Shown piece by piece: positions 8,320-18,584 of a stretch of DNA of 64,000 nt. Made by a program: the position numbers and the translations under genes. The notes below the pieces were generated by a model, which saw only the letters and a program-made list of their open reading frames with translations, searched no databases and had not been told where the DNA came from. Each line of letters starts with the position of its first letter. The stretch's first letter is position 1. This DNA comes from Nitrospinaceae bacterium (lineage in GTDB: Bacteria; Nitrospinota; Nitrospinia; Nitrospinales; VA-1), in assembly GCA_016763735.1 (NCBI GenBank), contig JAESTE010000006.1, forward strand, positions 778 through 64,777, given 5' to 3'.

Positions 8320-11300
8320 CTACACGCGTGGCGCCAACCTCACACCAAAGTATTGTTCACACTTTCGTTCTCTCAGTTCCTTCAAGTCGGACCTCATCCA
8401 TGTGTCCAGTGCAAAGGTCACGTAGTCGTCAGGGAGGGTGTCCATGTAAATCTTCTGGGCGGCTGACATGACACGGATCAGCGGGGTGGCCAACTTGTCC
8501 ATCTCTTGCTGGTAGTTGAGCCGCACCGCACTGAACTTGGCGCCCAGTATGTTCATCTCCACGTCGGCGTCTTCGTCAAAAGGCTGGAACTCATCCTCTT
8601 CCTCGTCCTCGGCGACCACGTTTGGATCGAATGGTGACTCCGGGACGACACGAAGCGGTGATTCGTGTGGAGGGACGACAGGAGGCCAGTTCAACACACC
8701 AGAGGCGTCGGGAAACTCGGAGGGAGATGGCCCCTTCCGTTCCAGTTCGGCGAACACCGATGACATGGGTGCGACGGGGGCCGCGAAGGCAGGTCCGTAG
8801 GGCTTCTCCTCCGGCTGAGGGTCTACCACTACTGGGAGCGCCACGTGGAACAGTTCGTCCCTGTGGACGTCTGGCATCAGGTCGTGCATGTACTCGTCGT
8901 CAAAATTGTTGGCGCCGGACTGAGACGCACGCATTGGTTGGACCGCGCTCCGTTCCATGTACAGTTCCAACAGACGCAGCGCTCGGCCTTGGACCAGCAG
9001 GTATGCCTCGGGGTATACCTTGACACCCAGGTGCGTCGGGTCGTCCAGGTCGAACACATCAGGGACGGTCACCACGTACGCGTGGGTGAGGGCCGGCGTA
9101 CTCACGACCTGTTGTACTTCAGGATCGGCGTTGTAGTTCATGGGACTCGTCAGGGGAAGCCCGTCAACCTCCTCTTGGCTTATGATCTGGATCAACCCGT
9201 CCATGGTCATGCGCCAGAAGAGCTTGAAGTGGTGCACGTCCTCTGCGTTGGCGGCGTCCCGAGGCAAGTAGAAGTTCTCTGGGTGGGCCCACACGTTGGA
9301 CTCGGCAGGGTCCACCTTCTCGAACGGGGTGGACTTCTGCAGGATCTTGGGGAACAGGCCCACCTTCTTCGAGTGGGCTTCTCTCCATGCCTTATAGATC
9401 TTGCTGCTGGGCTCGGACGGGGCTTCTGACCACCCCACTGTCTGTTCGGCGCGCATCGGAGCGTCCAGCTTCTGTACTGGATCAGGCAGGGTGTAGCGTC
9501 GTTGGTGCGTAAAGGCCTCTTCGTCGTCAGGCATGTTCCTGAAGTAGTGGGGGGCAATCTGCCGTAGAGAGAGGCGGTTGCCCAGGAACACGTCTCCGGT
9601 GGGCAGTTGATGGCACCTGCCGCCCACCAAGGGGAGGTAGTGATCTGCGTCGGAGGGCGAGGTCCCAAACGCATTGGCAATGGCGACGACCCGGTTCTTG
9701 CGCTCTTGGTCGGTGTCGAGTGCGGGGAGGAGGGTTTTCATGGCCAGGCTTACGGCCAGCTTCTCCTTGGCCAGTTCCTTGGCGGAAGGGTTCACGACGG
9801 TGGTTTGTGCCAGCCAGTGTGCACGCGGGTCGTAGGTCCAGTGTGCTGTGTTGTACCGTCTCCCGCCCGAGTCAGCGTGCTTGGAGGCCGAGACCATCAT
9901 GCGGACGGTCCACAGGAAGACCTCCCGCGGCGGGGGCAGCGGCTCAGGGATATGGTTCTTCTCGTCGACGTACTCTGATGCGACGTGCTTGGGACGGTAC
10001 GCCCGCCCCACGAACCACTGGGCAGCTCGGTTGGCCACTGCTGCCGTGTGCGAGGGCACCCTGATCAGCGACGTGTACCGTTCCAGTACGGGGAACAGGA
10101 ATTGCCAGGGCACTTTCTTGTGAAGGTCCAGGTAGTCCCAATAAATGTACATGAGGCTGGGCAGCTCGGTGTTGAACATGGCGTAGCTCGTGGGCACGGT
10201 GATCTTCTCCACGGACTTCAGTTTGGCACGCCGAAGCATTTCCTTGGGCGGCGGCACGTCAATCGTAAAGTCTGGCATCTCGCCCGTCAGCGACTTGAGC
10301 AGCTTCTTGTTGCCGTACAACCCCTTGCTGTGGGACACCGACACAAACCCCAGCAGCATGGAGTGGTAGACCTGCATGGCGGTCTGTGCGTTGGCAGCAC
10401 GGCACGGGAACATCCGCATCAAGTCCAGGGCTTCCATGCGGGTGGGCATCTGCAACGTGTCGACTTTGTACTTGCGGCCAGGTCCAGGCCCGGCCACGAG
10501 CAGGGACAGTTGGGCGTAGCTGTGCTTGATGAGGTCGCTGGTCACGCACCGGTCTGGGGCCGGGGCAAACGAGGGCATGACCCGTGAGCCGCGTACGAGC
10601 TCGTGTGGCAGGATCTTAGACATAAACGAAAGGAGGTTCCTGCTTCTGGTAATAAACGGCTTCATGTTCTTCCGGACGTGGGCCTTGAACGCGTCAAACC
10701 TGCCCCACATCGTACTGCTTGCCATGATTTCGTTTCGGGCCTGGATGAGGAGATCTCCGGCGTGGAACTTGGAGTCCCCCGCCCACATCGACACGATCCT
10801 GTACAGAGCGATGAATCCCCGCATGCTGGGGTTCGCGGTGATTGCGTGTTTGAACATGTCCATCATTTTGTCTTGCGATTGCGCCGCACGTGCACGGGCC
10901 CAGAGACCGTGTTGGGTGATCATCTTCAGGGAAGACACGTAGAGAAACTTGGCGCCGCGCTTCATGGCACTGGTCACCAGTTTCCTGGCCTGGTCGGGTG
11001 GCAGCACACTGAACATGATCAACGTGTCCACGTCGTCCAGGGTGTGCCCGCTGGGGGCAAACCTGGTCCGTGCCTCCTCGTCCAGACGGGCCTGGACCAG
11101 TGCGGCCCAGGTGCGCATGAACCGTGCGGGTTTCATGGCCACCACAAAGAGCATGGTGTAGACCATGACGTAGTTCACGATTGTGTCCCATTTGGGGTCG
11201 TTGATGCGGGTGACGGCGATGCGGCACACGTTGCCGCCCATCAGGATCGCAGGGGAGTAGAACAGGGTGCCCCTGTGTTGGTGCACAATCGACTCGACCA

Positions 11301-14300
11301 CGTCCTGGGTACTGCTGTCTCCCTGGTGGTCAAACGTCTCCCCCTTGTCACTCAGAATCCCGGGTGCTGGGCCGCCGTCAAACGCGTACTTGCGGTCCAT
11401 ACGCACAGTAGGCCACGGTTGGTCATGGGCAGGGAGGGCCGGGCCGTACACCATGGGGTGTTGACGGGAATTAGGCCGAGACCCAATGAAAGAACTGTAC
11501 GCCACAATCGAAGCCGAGTGGGCATTGTACATCTGAATCGGGACGTCGCGGTTCATGGAGATGCCGGCAATGTTTGCCAGCAAATCGTCCAGGTTGTTGG
11601 TCTGGTCACGGTACCGCACCAGGTACTCGTCCTGTTGAACCTTAATCTTGGCGGCTCGTGCCTCGTCCGACACGGCCACCGTACCAAAGCCGGCGACAGG
11701 GTGGGTGACGTCAAACCAGAAGCGTGCGGCCTCCAGCGCGACGTTCACCATGCCCCGTGCGTCGTCGATCTCCAGGAAGGCCTCTGAAATAAGGCCTGCC
11801 GCGAACTTGGGGTAGCTACGTTCAATCATGCGGATGTCGTGGTTCAGGGCACTTGCTTGGGCCTTGATCTTGGCGCTGTAGTCCAATGCCTTCTCGAGGC
11901 CTTGTGTGGCGTCGTAGGCTTTGGACCGGTGTCTCTTGCCACCTCTGCCGCTTCTGTCCGAGTCGGTGGTGGACACGGTCTTTTCCTCTGCCACCCGTTC
12001 TCGGAGAGACTTGACGTGTACAGGTGGTCCCCGTTTCATCGTCAGGACCAGCGCCGGCGACTCGGCTGACGACGAAGCGGACAGAACCGATGCCACCTTC
12101 ATGTCGTCGTCCTGTTGGGTCTCTTCCAGCTCTGTGTCAGAATCGGAGTCGGAGTCCAGGTTGACCGTGGTGGCACTACGTCCCGGGCTTGGTTGTGTAC
12201 TCGCCGGTGTCCTGAGCACAGTACTCTCACTCCTGCTCTCGCTCTCGCTCTCGCGTTGACGTTTGCGAGTCAGGATCGCACGGTCTCGGTCCACGGCACG
12301 ACCAATGTCCCCTTCGCTGTCCTGCGAACGGGGACCCATGTCAGAGGGGTTGGCGCGCTCCACCATCGCACGCCAGCCATTCGGATACCGCTGATGCATG
12401 TCTGCCATGAAGGCGCCCCACCAGGGCAGGGGTAGGTGGTCGGGACGCTTCAGGAACGTGCCGTGCTCGAAGAAGACCCTCACGATGGTGTCCTCGTGTG
12501 CGACTCGCGTCTCGCCCACCACCTTGGCGGCCTGCAACCAGAAGAATTTGCTGGTGCCGAAGGACGCAAACCGCTTGGCAGCTGTGCGAGCCCGGGTGGT
12601 ATCTCTCACCAATCGGTTGACAAAGTCAGACACGCCACGTGACACCTGGTTCTTGGTGGACTGCGACGCTTGCTTGGCCTGTGCGGCCTCCTCGACCACG
12701 TCGACCATGTCCACGGGCCCAGACGATTCGTACAGACCTGCCTCGACGTCCTGGTCCATGCCGTGGCTGTATTTCTGTTCCCCAATCATGTCTTCGAGGG
12801 TGCTCTTGGCCTCTTCGCGTTCCTGTTCCTGCTGCTCCTTCTCGCTGAGTGGAGGATCATCCTCCTCCACTTCCTCTTGTGACGCCTCTTCCTCCACCTC
12901 GATGTGAACACGCTTTCGTTTGAACTCCTGTACCTCTGGCTCCTTCTGGGCCTCTACCACTTCTGCTACAGCCTCCTCGACCTTCTTCTCGTCCTCTTGT
13001 GCACCACCCTGGTTCATGGTAAGGTCGAATTCGTCGCCGTCGCTCTCGGTGGCATCTGGGTCATTGTTCATGTCCCAGGACGGGTCCTCGTCGTCGGCGG
13101 CGTATGCACCGGCGCCACCGGCGTCGTCTGCACTCGGACTGTTGTTGCCCAACCCCTTCTCTTCCAAGATCGTGCCCCATTCATTCATGAACGTCCCCCA
13201 CACCACGTCCAGGAAGTCCCTGGCCTTTTGATTCTTCAACGCCCCTGTCACGTCACGGCTGGCCGCTCTCAGTGGGTACTTCTCCAACATGTCCTTTTCT
13301 ATCATGAATCGTTTGAAGACGTCCCAGCGGACGGCGCGTACCTTCTCGGCAAAGTATTTAGACACCGAAAGGGTGGCCGCGCCGAACCGTGCTTTCTCCG
13401 CGATGCTCATGGAGCCGGACGTTCTGTTGATCAATTCGACGAACAGTGTCAGGATGAAGGATCCCTTGGTGGATCCTTTGGTCTCGACGGCGTCTCGCAT
13501 GGCTACGAACGCCTCCTTGGCGGCATCCTCGCCCATGGCATCTCCGGTGACCTTCATCATCTGCTTCATCCATGTGTTCCAGGCCTGGCCACCACCCTGC
13601 ACGAAGTGTGTGTACCGTGACCACTTCTGCTTCTTCAATTCAGGTCCCAGGTACTCCAGGACGGGCTGCATATTGTCACCGGAGTGTGTCTTGGCGATCT
13701 TTCGTAGTTTGGCAATGGACGCCAGGTACTTTCCGTTCCCGATCCTGTCTTTGGTGCGCGCCGGGCTAGACTTGAAGTCGAGGGCCCATTCCACCCACGA
13801 CTGGGCTTTTTTCCACCAACCTTTCACTGCATTCTCCATCGCACCGGGTTCGTGTACCCCGGCAGTGGGAGCCTGCTCAGCCCTCTTCTGTTCCTGCTTC
13901 CTCCCGCGGTTTCCCTGGCGCTTCTCTTTACCGATAAGTTTCGCGGCCTTCGTACGAAACTCGAGGGCGTCCTCTACGTACTTGTCGTAGTTCAAAGAGC
14001 CGACGGTGCTCGTCTCGGAGGTGTACCCCGGGTGCATGGGCATCCGGGGAGCCATAAGGTAGAAGAACGCAGCCCCACACTCGTTGCCCACCCCTGCCGA
14101 GAAGCTAAAGGCCCATCTGTTCTTTCTGAACTCCCACATGTACTTGACGGTGTGTGTGTGGTTAGGGGTGATGGGTGTGCCCGGGAACATGGCGTGGTCC
14201 AGGTCCGGGTTGGCAGACAACACACGCCGGTACACGAAGGTGATGAACGTGTCCAGGTCCTTGTCCATCACCGCCTGAAGTTGGTGGTACGGCATGTAGA

Positions 14301-16482
14301 ACACGGGAGGGCCGCTACGCGACAGGGCTTCCAGCGCCACGAAGTTCTGCATGGTGTAGTACATCCAGGCCCGTACGGCGTACCGAGCCAAGGGACGCAG
14401 CGCGGCCGTCACTTGTTGGATAGGCATAGACGTTCCCTTGCCGTATGCCACCATGCGGGTCAGGGCGCCCATCAGCATGAAGTGGATCAGGTTGGAGTCG
14501 ACCTTGCCGGACGTGAAGCCATGCGCGGATCCCCTGGCTATGGCACGTTGCACACGCACTTTGGCAGTCGCGTCACGACGAGACTCCACTGTCATCACCA
14601 AGGACCGGTCGTCCCCGAACACCCGTGTCTTCAGCCCGGTCCAGACCCGCAACCCCCGATGCTTGCGCAAGTCGTCAAGAGTAAGCAGCTTCCCGTGCTG
14701 CTTGTAGTTTTGGATCTGCAGGACGGGTGCCGGCCCGAACACAGAGTCTCCTGAGGAGTTGGCGTCGTTGCGCACCTCGCTGGAGTCGTAGTTGCGCCAT
14801 TGGATGATGACCAGGGTGCTGGGGTACTCCACCACCAGGCGGGAGGCCAGGGACAAGGCCCGGGCCCAGACGGAGATGTGGTAACCGCCCGAGACGTAGT
14901 TCTGCTCGTCGTCCACCAGCCACGGTTGGGCCAGCACCACCACACGGCGATGCTCCAAGTCGTCAAACGCGTCTCTGAGGAGGAACCTGTCGTCCACCTC
15001 CATGGTACGAGGAGTGGCCGCCAACGAAACCAAGCTGTCGTCGGGACCGTGGGCAGGTAGACCCCTGGCCCGGGGCACACTGTAGTGGTATCCACCGAAT
15101 TTTGTGGGGTCTTTTTGAGTGGTCTGAACCCACCACAGCGCAGACTCCAAACTCTGAACCTGTGACCGATGGACATTCGGTGGGGACACCTCTCGCGGTT
15201 CAAAGTCTTGCACACCGGACCAGGCCTGGGTTCCTCGGTTGAACAGCAGCAGTCGGTTCATGAACACATCAAAGTGGACCGCGGTGACGTCACTTCTGTC
15301 GATTTGGAGCGCCACGACTTGGCCGGTGGGGAACACCATCCACACTCGTTCTTCCTTGGTGTCTCGTTGGGTCATGTTGCGTACCGACATTACCGCGCCC
15401 CAGGGGAAGGTCCACACTCTCTTGGGCCGCCACTTGATTCCGTTGTGGTTCAGAGACACCGTGGTGGACGTGATCTCCTTCAACAACTTCTTGTCGGCCA
15501 CGTCCAGTCGACCCTTTGCCGTCAGCGAGGTGGTGCCCACTGGACGGACGGAGCGGAAGTCGGGCCATTCGAACTCGATGAAGAGGATGTTGTCGAAATG
15601 GACATGCGCAAAGGGGTTGTCGTACACAAACACGTCAGGCAGTGCGTCGTTCCTGTCTGCCCGGGCCCGTTGCTCGTGCAGCCCGGTGTCAGAGTACCAG
15701 TTCTCCTTGAACATGGTGAACTTCTTCTGGAACCCCAGTCCAGGCTTGGCCAGGTCACGGAGGCTAGGCACCGCAAAGAGAGACTCGAAGGTGGTGTTGA
15801 CCATCTCAGCGGGAGGGGCCTCCTTGTCGCGGATGACCCGGTCGGTGAGGTCCATGGACACACACACGTTCATGCCCAGGGGACGGCGCAGTTCCAGCTG
15901 GACGTCCACCAGAGACAGGTCGGCGTCGGTGCCGTCCTTGAGTTCCACCTGGTATGCCAGCGGGTTCTTCCGGCCCCCGTATATCTGTTTGTCCTGGGCC
16001 CCCAGCTGCACCTGGAAGCGTATGTCCACCACGCTGTTCTTGAACGTAGCGAGTGCCATGGACTGGGACAATGCGGTGCGTGCCTGGGGCCAGCGGTTCT
16101 TGACCACAGACATACTCTCGGCCCATGTCGCGGTTGACACCACAGGGACGCTTGAAGACCCGCGTTTGTACGCCTGTTGTAGAACATCGGCACGGGTAGC
16201 CGAGGTCGACCGGAGCAGCGCAAAGGTGGCTTCGTTCCCCTTGGTGACCAGCGCCACCGTCACAAACTGTCCCCATGCCGGTATGTAGCGACTGGAGGCG
16301 TGCTCAAACTTCCACCCCCTGATCCCCTGGGCGTTGGGCATCGGGAGGGGGCCATGGAAGAATCCCCCGGCAAAGGGGACGAACGCCCGGTCTCCAATGT
16401 ACCCGTTGACACCTGGGGCGTCCACACCAATGGGGGAGTTGTCAGGAGGGGCCACAGGGACATGTCCTTTCTCGTCCTGCAT
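8320..16482 (-). CDS. giant protein of unknown function (about 2720 aa)
   Basis: 2759-codon ORF whose first codon is GTG. The first ATG is at 16482 (caccATGc). The uninterrupted frame shows G/C-rich third positions where I sampled codons. Central Lys/Glu/Asp-rich low-complexity region and a Ser/Asp-rich stretch. I spotted no P-loop or other catalytic motif by eye. Confidence 0.7.
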   Translation of the reverse strand: MQDEKGHVPVAPPDNSPIGVDAPGVNGYIGDRAFVPFAGGFFHGPLPMPNAQGIRGWKFEHASSRYIPAWGQFVTVALVTKGNEATFALLRSTSATRADVLQQAYKRGSSSVPVVSTATWAESMSVVKNRWPQARTALSQSMALATFKNSVVDIRFQVQLGAQDKQIYGGRKNPLAYQVELKDGTDADLSLVDVQLELRRPLGMNVCVSMDLTDRVIRDKEAPPAEMVNTTFESLFAVPSLRDLAKPGLGFQKKFTMFKENWYSDTGLHEQRARADRNDALPDVFVYDNPFAHVHFDNILFIEFEWPDFRSVRPVGTTSLTAKGRLDVADKKLLKEITSTTVSLNHNGIKWRPKRVWTFPWGAVMSVRNMTQRDTKEERVWMVFPTGQVVALQIDRSDVTAVHFDVFMNRLLLFNRGTQAWSGVQDFEPREVSPPNVHRSQVQSLESALWWVQTTQKDPTKFGGYHYSVPRARGLPAHGPDDSLVSLAATPRTMEVDDRFLLRDAFDDLEHRRVVVLAQPWLVDDEQNYVSGGYHISVWARALSLASRLVVEYPSTLVIIQWRNYDSSEVRNDANSSGDSVFGPAPVLQIQNYKQHGKLLTLDDLRKHRGLRVWTGLKTRVFGDDRSLVMTVESRRDATAKVRVQRAIARGSAHGFTSGKVDSNLIHFMLMGALTRMVAYGKGTSMPIQQVTAALRPLARYAVRAWMYYTMQNFVALEALSRSGPPVFYMPYHQLQAVMDKDLDTFITFVYRRVLSANPDLDHAMFPGTPITPNHTHTVKYMWEFRKNRWAFSFSAGVGNECGAAFFYLMAPRMPMHPGYTSETSTVGSLNYDKYVEDALEFRTKAAKLIGKEKRQGNRGRKQEQKRAEQAPTAGVHEPGAMENAVKGWWKKAQSWVEWALDFKSSPARTKDRIGNGKYLASIAKLRKIAKTHSGDNMQPVLEYLGPELKKQKWSRYTHFVQGGGQAWNTWMKQMMKVTGDAMGEDAAKEAFVAMRDAVETKGSTKGSFILTLFVELINRTSGSMSIAEKARFGAATLSVSKYFAEKVRAVRWDVFKRFMIEKDMLEKYPLRAASRDVTGALKNQKARDFLDVVWGTFMNEWGTILEEKGLGNNSPSADDAGGAGAYAADDEDPSWDMNNDPDATESDGDEFDLTMNQGGAQEDEKKVEEAVAEVVEAQKEPEVQEFKRKRVHIEVEEEASQEEVEEDDPPLSEKEQQEQEREEAKSTLEDMIGEQKYSHGMDQDVEAGLYESSGPVDMVDVVEEAAQAKQASQSTKNQVSRGVSDFVNRLVRDTTRARTAAKRFASFGTSKFFWLQAAKVVGETRVAHEDTIVRVFFEHGTFLKRPDHLPLPWWGAFMADMHQRYPNGWRAMVERANPSDMGPRSQDSEGDIGRAVDRDRAILTRKRQRESESESRSESTVLRTPASTQPSPGRSATTVNLDSDSDSDTELEETQQDDDMKVASVLSASSSAESPALVLTMKRGPPVHVKSLRERVAEEKTVSTTDSDRSGRGGKRHRSKAYDATQGLEKALDYSAKIKAQASALNHDIRMIERSYPKFAAGLISEAFLEIDDARGMVNVALEAARFWFDVTHPVAGFGTVAVSDEARAAKIKVQQDEYLVRYRDQTNNLDDLLANIAGISMNRDVPIQMYNAHSASIVAYSSFIGSRPNSRQHPMVYGPALPAHDQPWPTVRMDRKYAFDGGPAPGILSDKGETFDHQGDSSTQDVVESIVHQHRGTLFYSPAILMGGNVCRIAVTRINDPKWDTIVNYVMVYTMLFVVAMKPARFMRTWAALVQARLDEEARTRFAPSGHTLDDVDTLIMFSVLPPDQARKLVTSAMKRGAKFLYVSSLKMITQHGLWARARAAQSQDKMMDMFKHAITANPSMRGFIALYRIVSMWAGDSKFHAGDLLIQARNEIMASSTMWGRFDAFKAHVRKNMKPFITRSRNLLSFMSKILPHELVRGSRVMPSFAPAPDRCVTSDLIKHSYAQLSLLVAGPGPGRKYKVDTLQMPTRMEALDLMRMFPCRAANAQTAMQVYHSMLLGFVSVSHSKGLYGNKKLLKSLTGEMPDFTIDVPPPKEMLRRAKLKSVEKITVPTSYAMFNTELPSLMYIYWDYLDLHKKVPWQFLFPVLERYTSLIRVPSHTAAVANRAAQWFVGRAYRPKHVASEYVDEKNHIPEPLPPPREVFLWTVRMMVSASKHADSGGRRYNTAHWTYDPRAHWLAQTTVVNPSAKELAKEKLAVSLAMKTLLPALDTDQERKNRVVAIANAFGTSPSDADHYLPLVGGRCHQLPTGDVFLGNRLSLRQIAPHYFRNMPDDEEAFTHQRRYTLPDPVQKLDAPMRAEQTVGWSEAPSEPSSKIYKAWREAHSKKVGLFPKILQKSTPFEKVDPAESNVWAHPENFYLPRDAANAEDVHHFKLFWRMTMDGLIQIISQEEVDGLPLTSPMNYNADPEVQQVVSTPALTHAYVVTVPDVFDLDDPTHLGVKVYPEAYLLVQGRALRLLELYMERSAVQPMRASQSGANNFDDEYMHDLMPDVHRDELFHVALPVVVDPQPEEKPYGPAFAAPVAPMSSVFAELERKGPSPSEFPDASGVLNWPPVVPPHESPLRVVPESPFDPNVVAEDEEEDEFQPFDEDADVEMNILGAKFSAVRLNYQQEMDKLATPLIRVMSAAQKIYMDTLPDDYVTFALDTWMRSDLKELRERKCEQYFGVRLAPRV

Positions 16483-16586
16483 GGTGTGACTCGTCCGCAC
16501 AGACCCAATGAATCGCGTCGGTTGTATTTGGTAGTCGACTCGCCCGTGTTTAGGACGGCGGCACTTCTTTTGTAGCTCTGCCCAAC

Positions 16587-18131
16587 ATGACGGCCCCACG
16601 CAAGCCCTGGTCTTTCCCTCTGCGTGAACGGTCTCGCTTCGTGGTGTCTGTGGCGGCGGCCACCAAGTACGGCGTTATGTACACCGCCGGAGCCCTGATC
16701 GCCCTGAGGGACATGCACCTGCTCTCCTTGACCGCGGTCTTCAACTCGTCGGCCATGGGCAACCTGGTCACGTGGTTCTTGGCCCACGCACGGTCACGTA
16801 TCCTGGACGACGGCTGGTATCGTGTCGAGCCCAGCACCGTGCCGGCCTTGCGCGAAGAGTGCTTGTGGCGGGCCCTGTTCATGCCCCCTATGGGAGCCGA
16901 ACCCGACGTGCTCATGCGCTGCTTCTTGGTGCCTCTGTTGCGCTGGTGCGAACGCAACCAGGAGTGGGACATGCTGTGGACCCGTCTGAAGCGAGGCCGC
17001 GTCACCGAGTGGCTGGACCCCTGGGGCATGGAGCTGGGGAGGCTCTTGCGCGAGTCAGTCTTATGCGAACCGCTGCTGGCGTGGCGAGGGCTGGGACGTA
17101 CCCCGCACTACATCCACGAGAACGACACAGAGATGGTGAACAGCCTGCTCTCCAACAACATGATGACCCGCAGCCGTCCTGTGTTCTTGTGGAACGCCAG
17201 CCAACAAGGTCTGGCCAAGGCGTTGTGCCTGACCACCGACCCTGACGCCCCGCTCTCTGGCGAACTTGACACCGCGTTCTTGCGCCCCAACACCCTACGT
17301 GACCCGTACGACTTCTTGGCGGCCTCCATCATGCCCAGCTTCGAGTTCTCTCCCGTCTCCATCATGGTAAACTCCATGCCGGTCATCGTAGGGTCGGCCA
17401 CCGCAGTGGACCCGCTGGGGATCCAACCGGCCCGGACCTACTACATCAAGGAGAAACTGGGCCCCATGCCCCACAGCGGGTCGCACCCTCCAGACATGTA
17501 CACCAAGCGCAAGTACGGCCGAGACGACGAGAAGAAGCTGCGTCCCACGCCAGAGTCCAACGTGTCCCGCAAGCTCCTGTTCCTGGACGCCTTCACCCAC
17601 TCCCCGGTGTGCACAGATCGCCACAACGTGTCGGTGCAGAACAGGTGCCGCGTGGTGAACGACGAGTTGGTGGGGCCTTCCGACACACAGGACGAAAACC
17701 TGCTGGCGTTCCGTACCGTGACGTGCCAGATGTACCGACCCGACATGATGCGTGGCGAGATGCAAGACCGGGTGGACAACCGCCTGGCGTTTGTGGCCGC
17801 CACACAGGAGGCAGGAGACAGTGCCCTGGGCCCGGCAGACCCTAGTCTGTTGCGTATCGCCGCCAACCTGGGCTACTGGGACGCGCACGCCCGGTACAGT
17901 GTCTCGTCAGGCAACCGGCCTGTACGCACTCCGTTGTGCAGTGTAGTGGGTGATCCGTATAAGTTCCATGACCAGCTGTTTGGTGGGTCACACGCCGAGT
18001 TCGCCGACACACACCCGTCTGCCCACGACCCTGACGACGCGTCTGAATCTCCCCAGAGCATCCCTTTGATCCCTACTCCACCCGCGCAGTGGGACCCCGA
18101 TGGACAGCAAGCACAGCGACCCCGTGACTGA
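16587..18131 (+). CDS. hypothetical protein with weak, degenerate patatin-like motifs
   Basis: 514-aa ORF with a true ATG at 16587. VSVAAATKYGVMYTAGALIAL sits where patatins have GGGxxG. FNSSAMGN sits where they have G-x-S-x-G. SATAVDPLG sits where they have the DGG Asp motif. The CDS itself is solid, but the functional call is weak. Confidence 0.45.
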   Translation: MTAPRKPWSFPLRERSRFVVSVAAATKYGVMYTAGALIALRDMHLLSLTAVFNSSAMGNLVTWFLAHARSRILDDGWYRVEPSTVPALREECLWRALFMPPMGAEPDVLMRCFLVPLLRWCERNQEWDMLWTRLKRGRVTEWLDPWGMELGRLLRESVLCEPLLAWRGLGRTPHYIHENDTEMVNSLLSNNMMTRSRPVFLWNASQQGLAKALCLTTDPDAPLSGELDTAFLRPNTLRDPYDFLAASIMPSFEFSPVSIMVNSMPVIVGSATAVDPLGIQPARTYYIKEKLGPMPHSGSHPPDMYTKRKYGRDDEKKLRPTPESNVSRKLLFLDAFTHSPVCTDRHNVSVQNRCRVVNDELVGPSDTQDENLLAFRTVTCQMYRPDMMRGEMQDRVDNRLAFVAATQEAGDSALGPADPSLLRIAANLGYWDAHARYSVSSGNRPVRTPLCSVVGDPYKFHDQLFGGSHAEFADTHPSAHDPDDASESPQSIPLIPTPPAQWDPDGQQAQRPRD

Positions 18132-18584
18132 CGAGGCCATCTCTGTTTCTATGCATGGACACGCCGCCGACGCACTGGAGTCTGCCGGATTCCCGTGTGT
18201 GTGTGCCATCACCAAGGTCCACCTGGCCACGTCCAACGACGCCACCGCACTGTGGGCCCCGGACGACGACACGCAGAACCCAGGAGGGGTGTGGCTGATT
18301 GTGAGTGCGGCACAGTTCTCGCACTGGAGGCAACAAACCGCGTACGCCAGTCATGGTGCAACAGCTGTATTCAATGTGTGCAGAGGCACAGGCAAACCGG
18401 CTACAGTGTACAGACGTATCGGCAGCGAGACACGACGGTCTATGGCGACCGGGTCCTCTTGGCGCTCCTGACGCTCCTGGCCTCGGGCAGCCTGACGTGG
18501 ACCCATCCACCGGAACACGGGCGTGAAGGGCACACCGTGAAGCCATTTTGCTTGTTGAATACACACTTGTGCATCGTGCAGTAG
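18100..18584 (+). CDS. candidate small spliced membrane protein (speculative)
   Basis: Exon 1 is 18100-18300 (67 codons, G/C-rich third positions) and ends exactly at GTGAGT (18301). An 83-nt candidate intron ends at tgtgtgCAG (18383). Exon 2, 18384-18584, continues in an open frame that encodes a hydrophobic span (RVLLALLTLLASGSL). The gene would overlap the 3' ends of both neighbouring genes. Confidence 0.3.

Noticed and set aside
18301-18315. GTGAGTGCGGCACAG read as a 15-nt intron.
   Set aside because: It is too short to be spliced. The GTGAGT was instead paired with the stronger TGTGTGCAG acceptor 83 nt downstream, and even that remains speculative.
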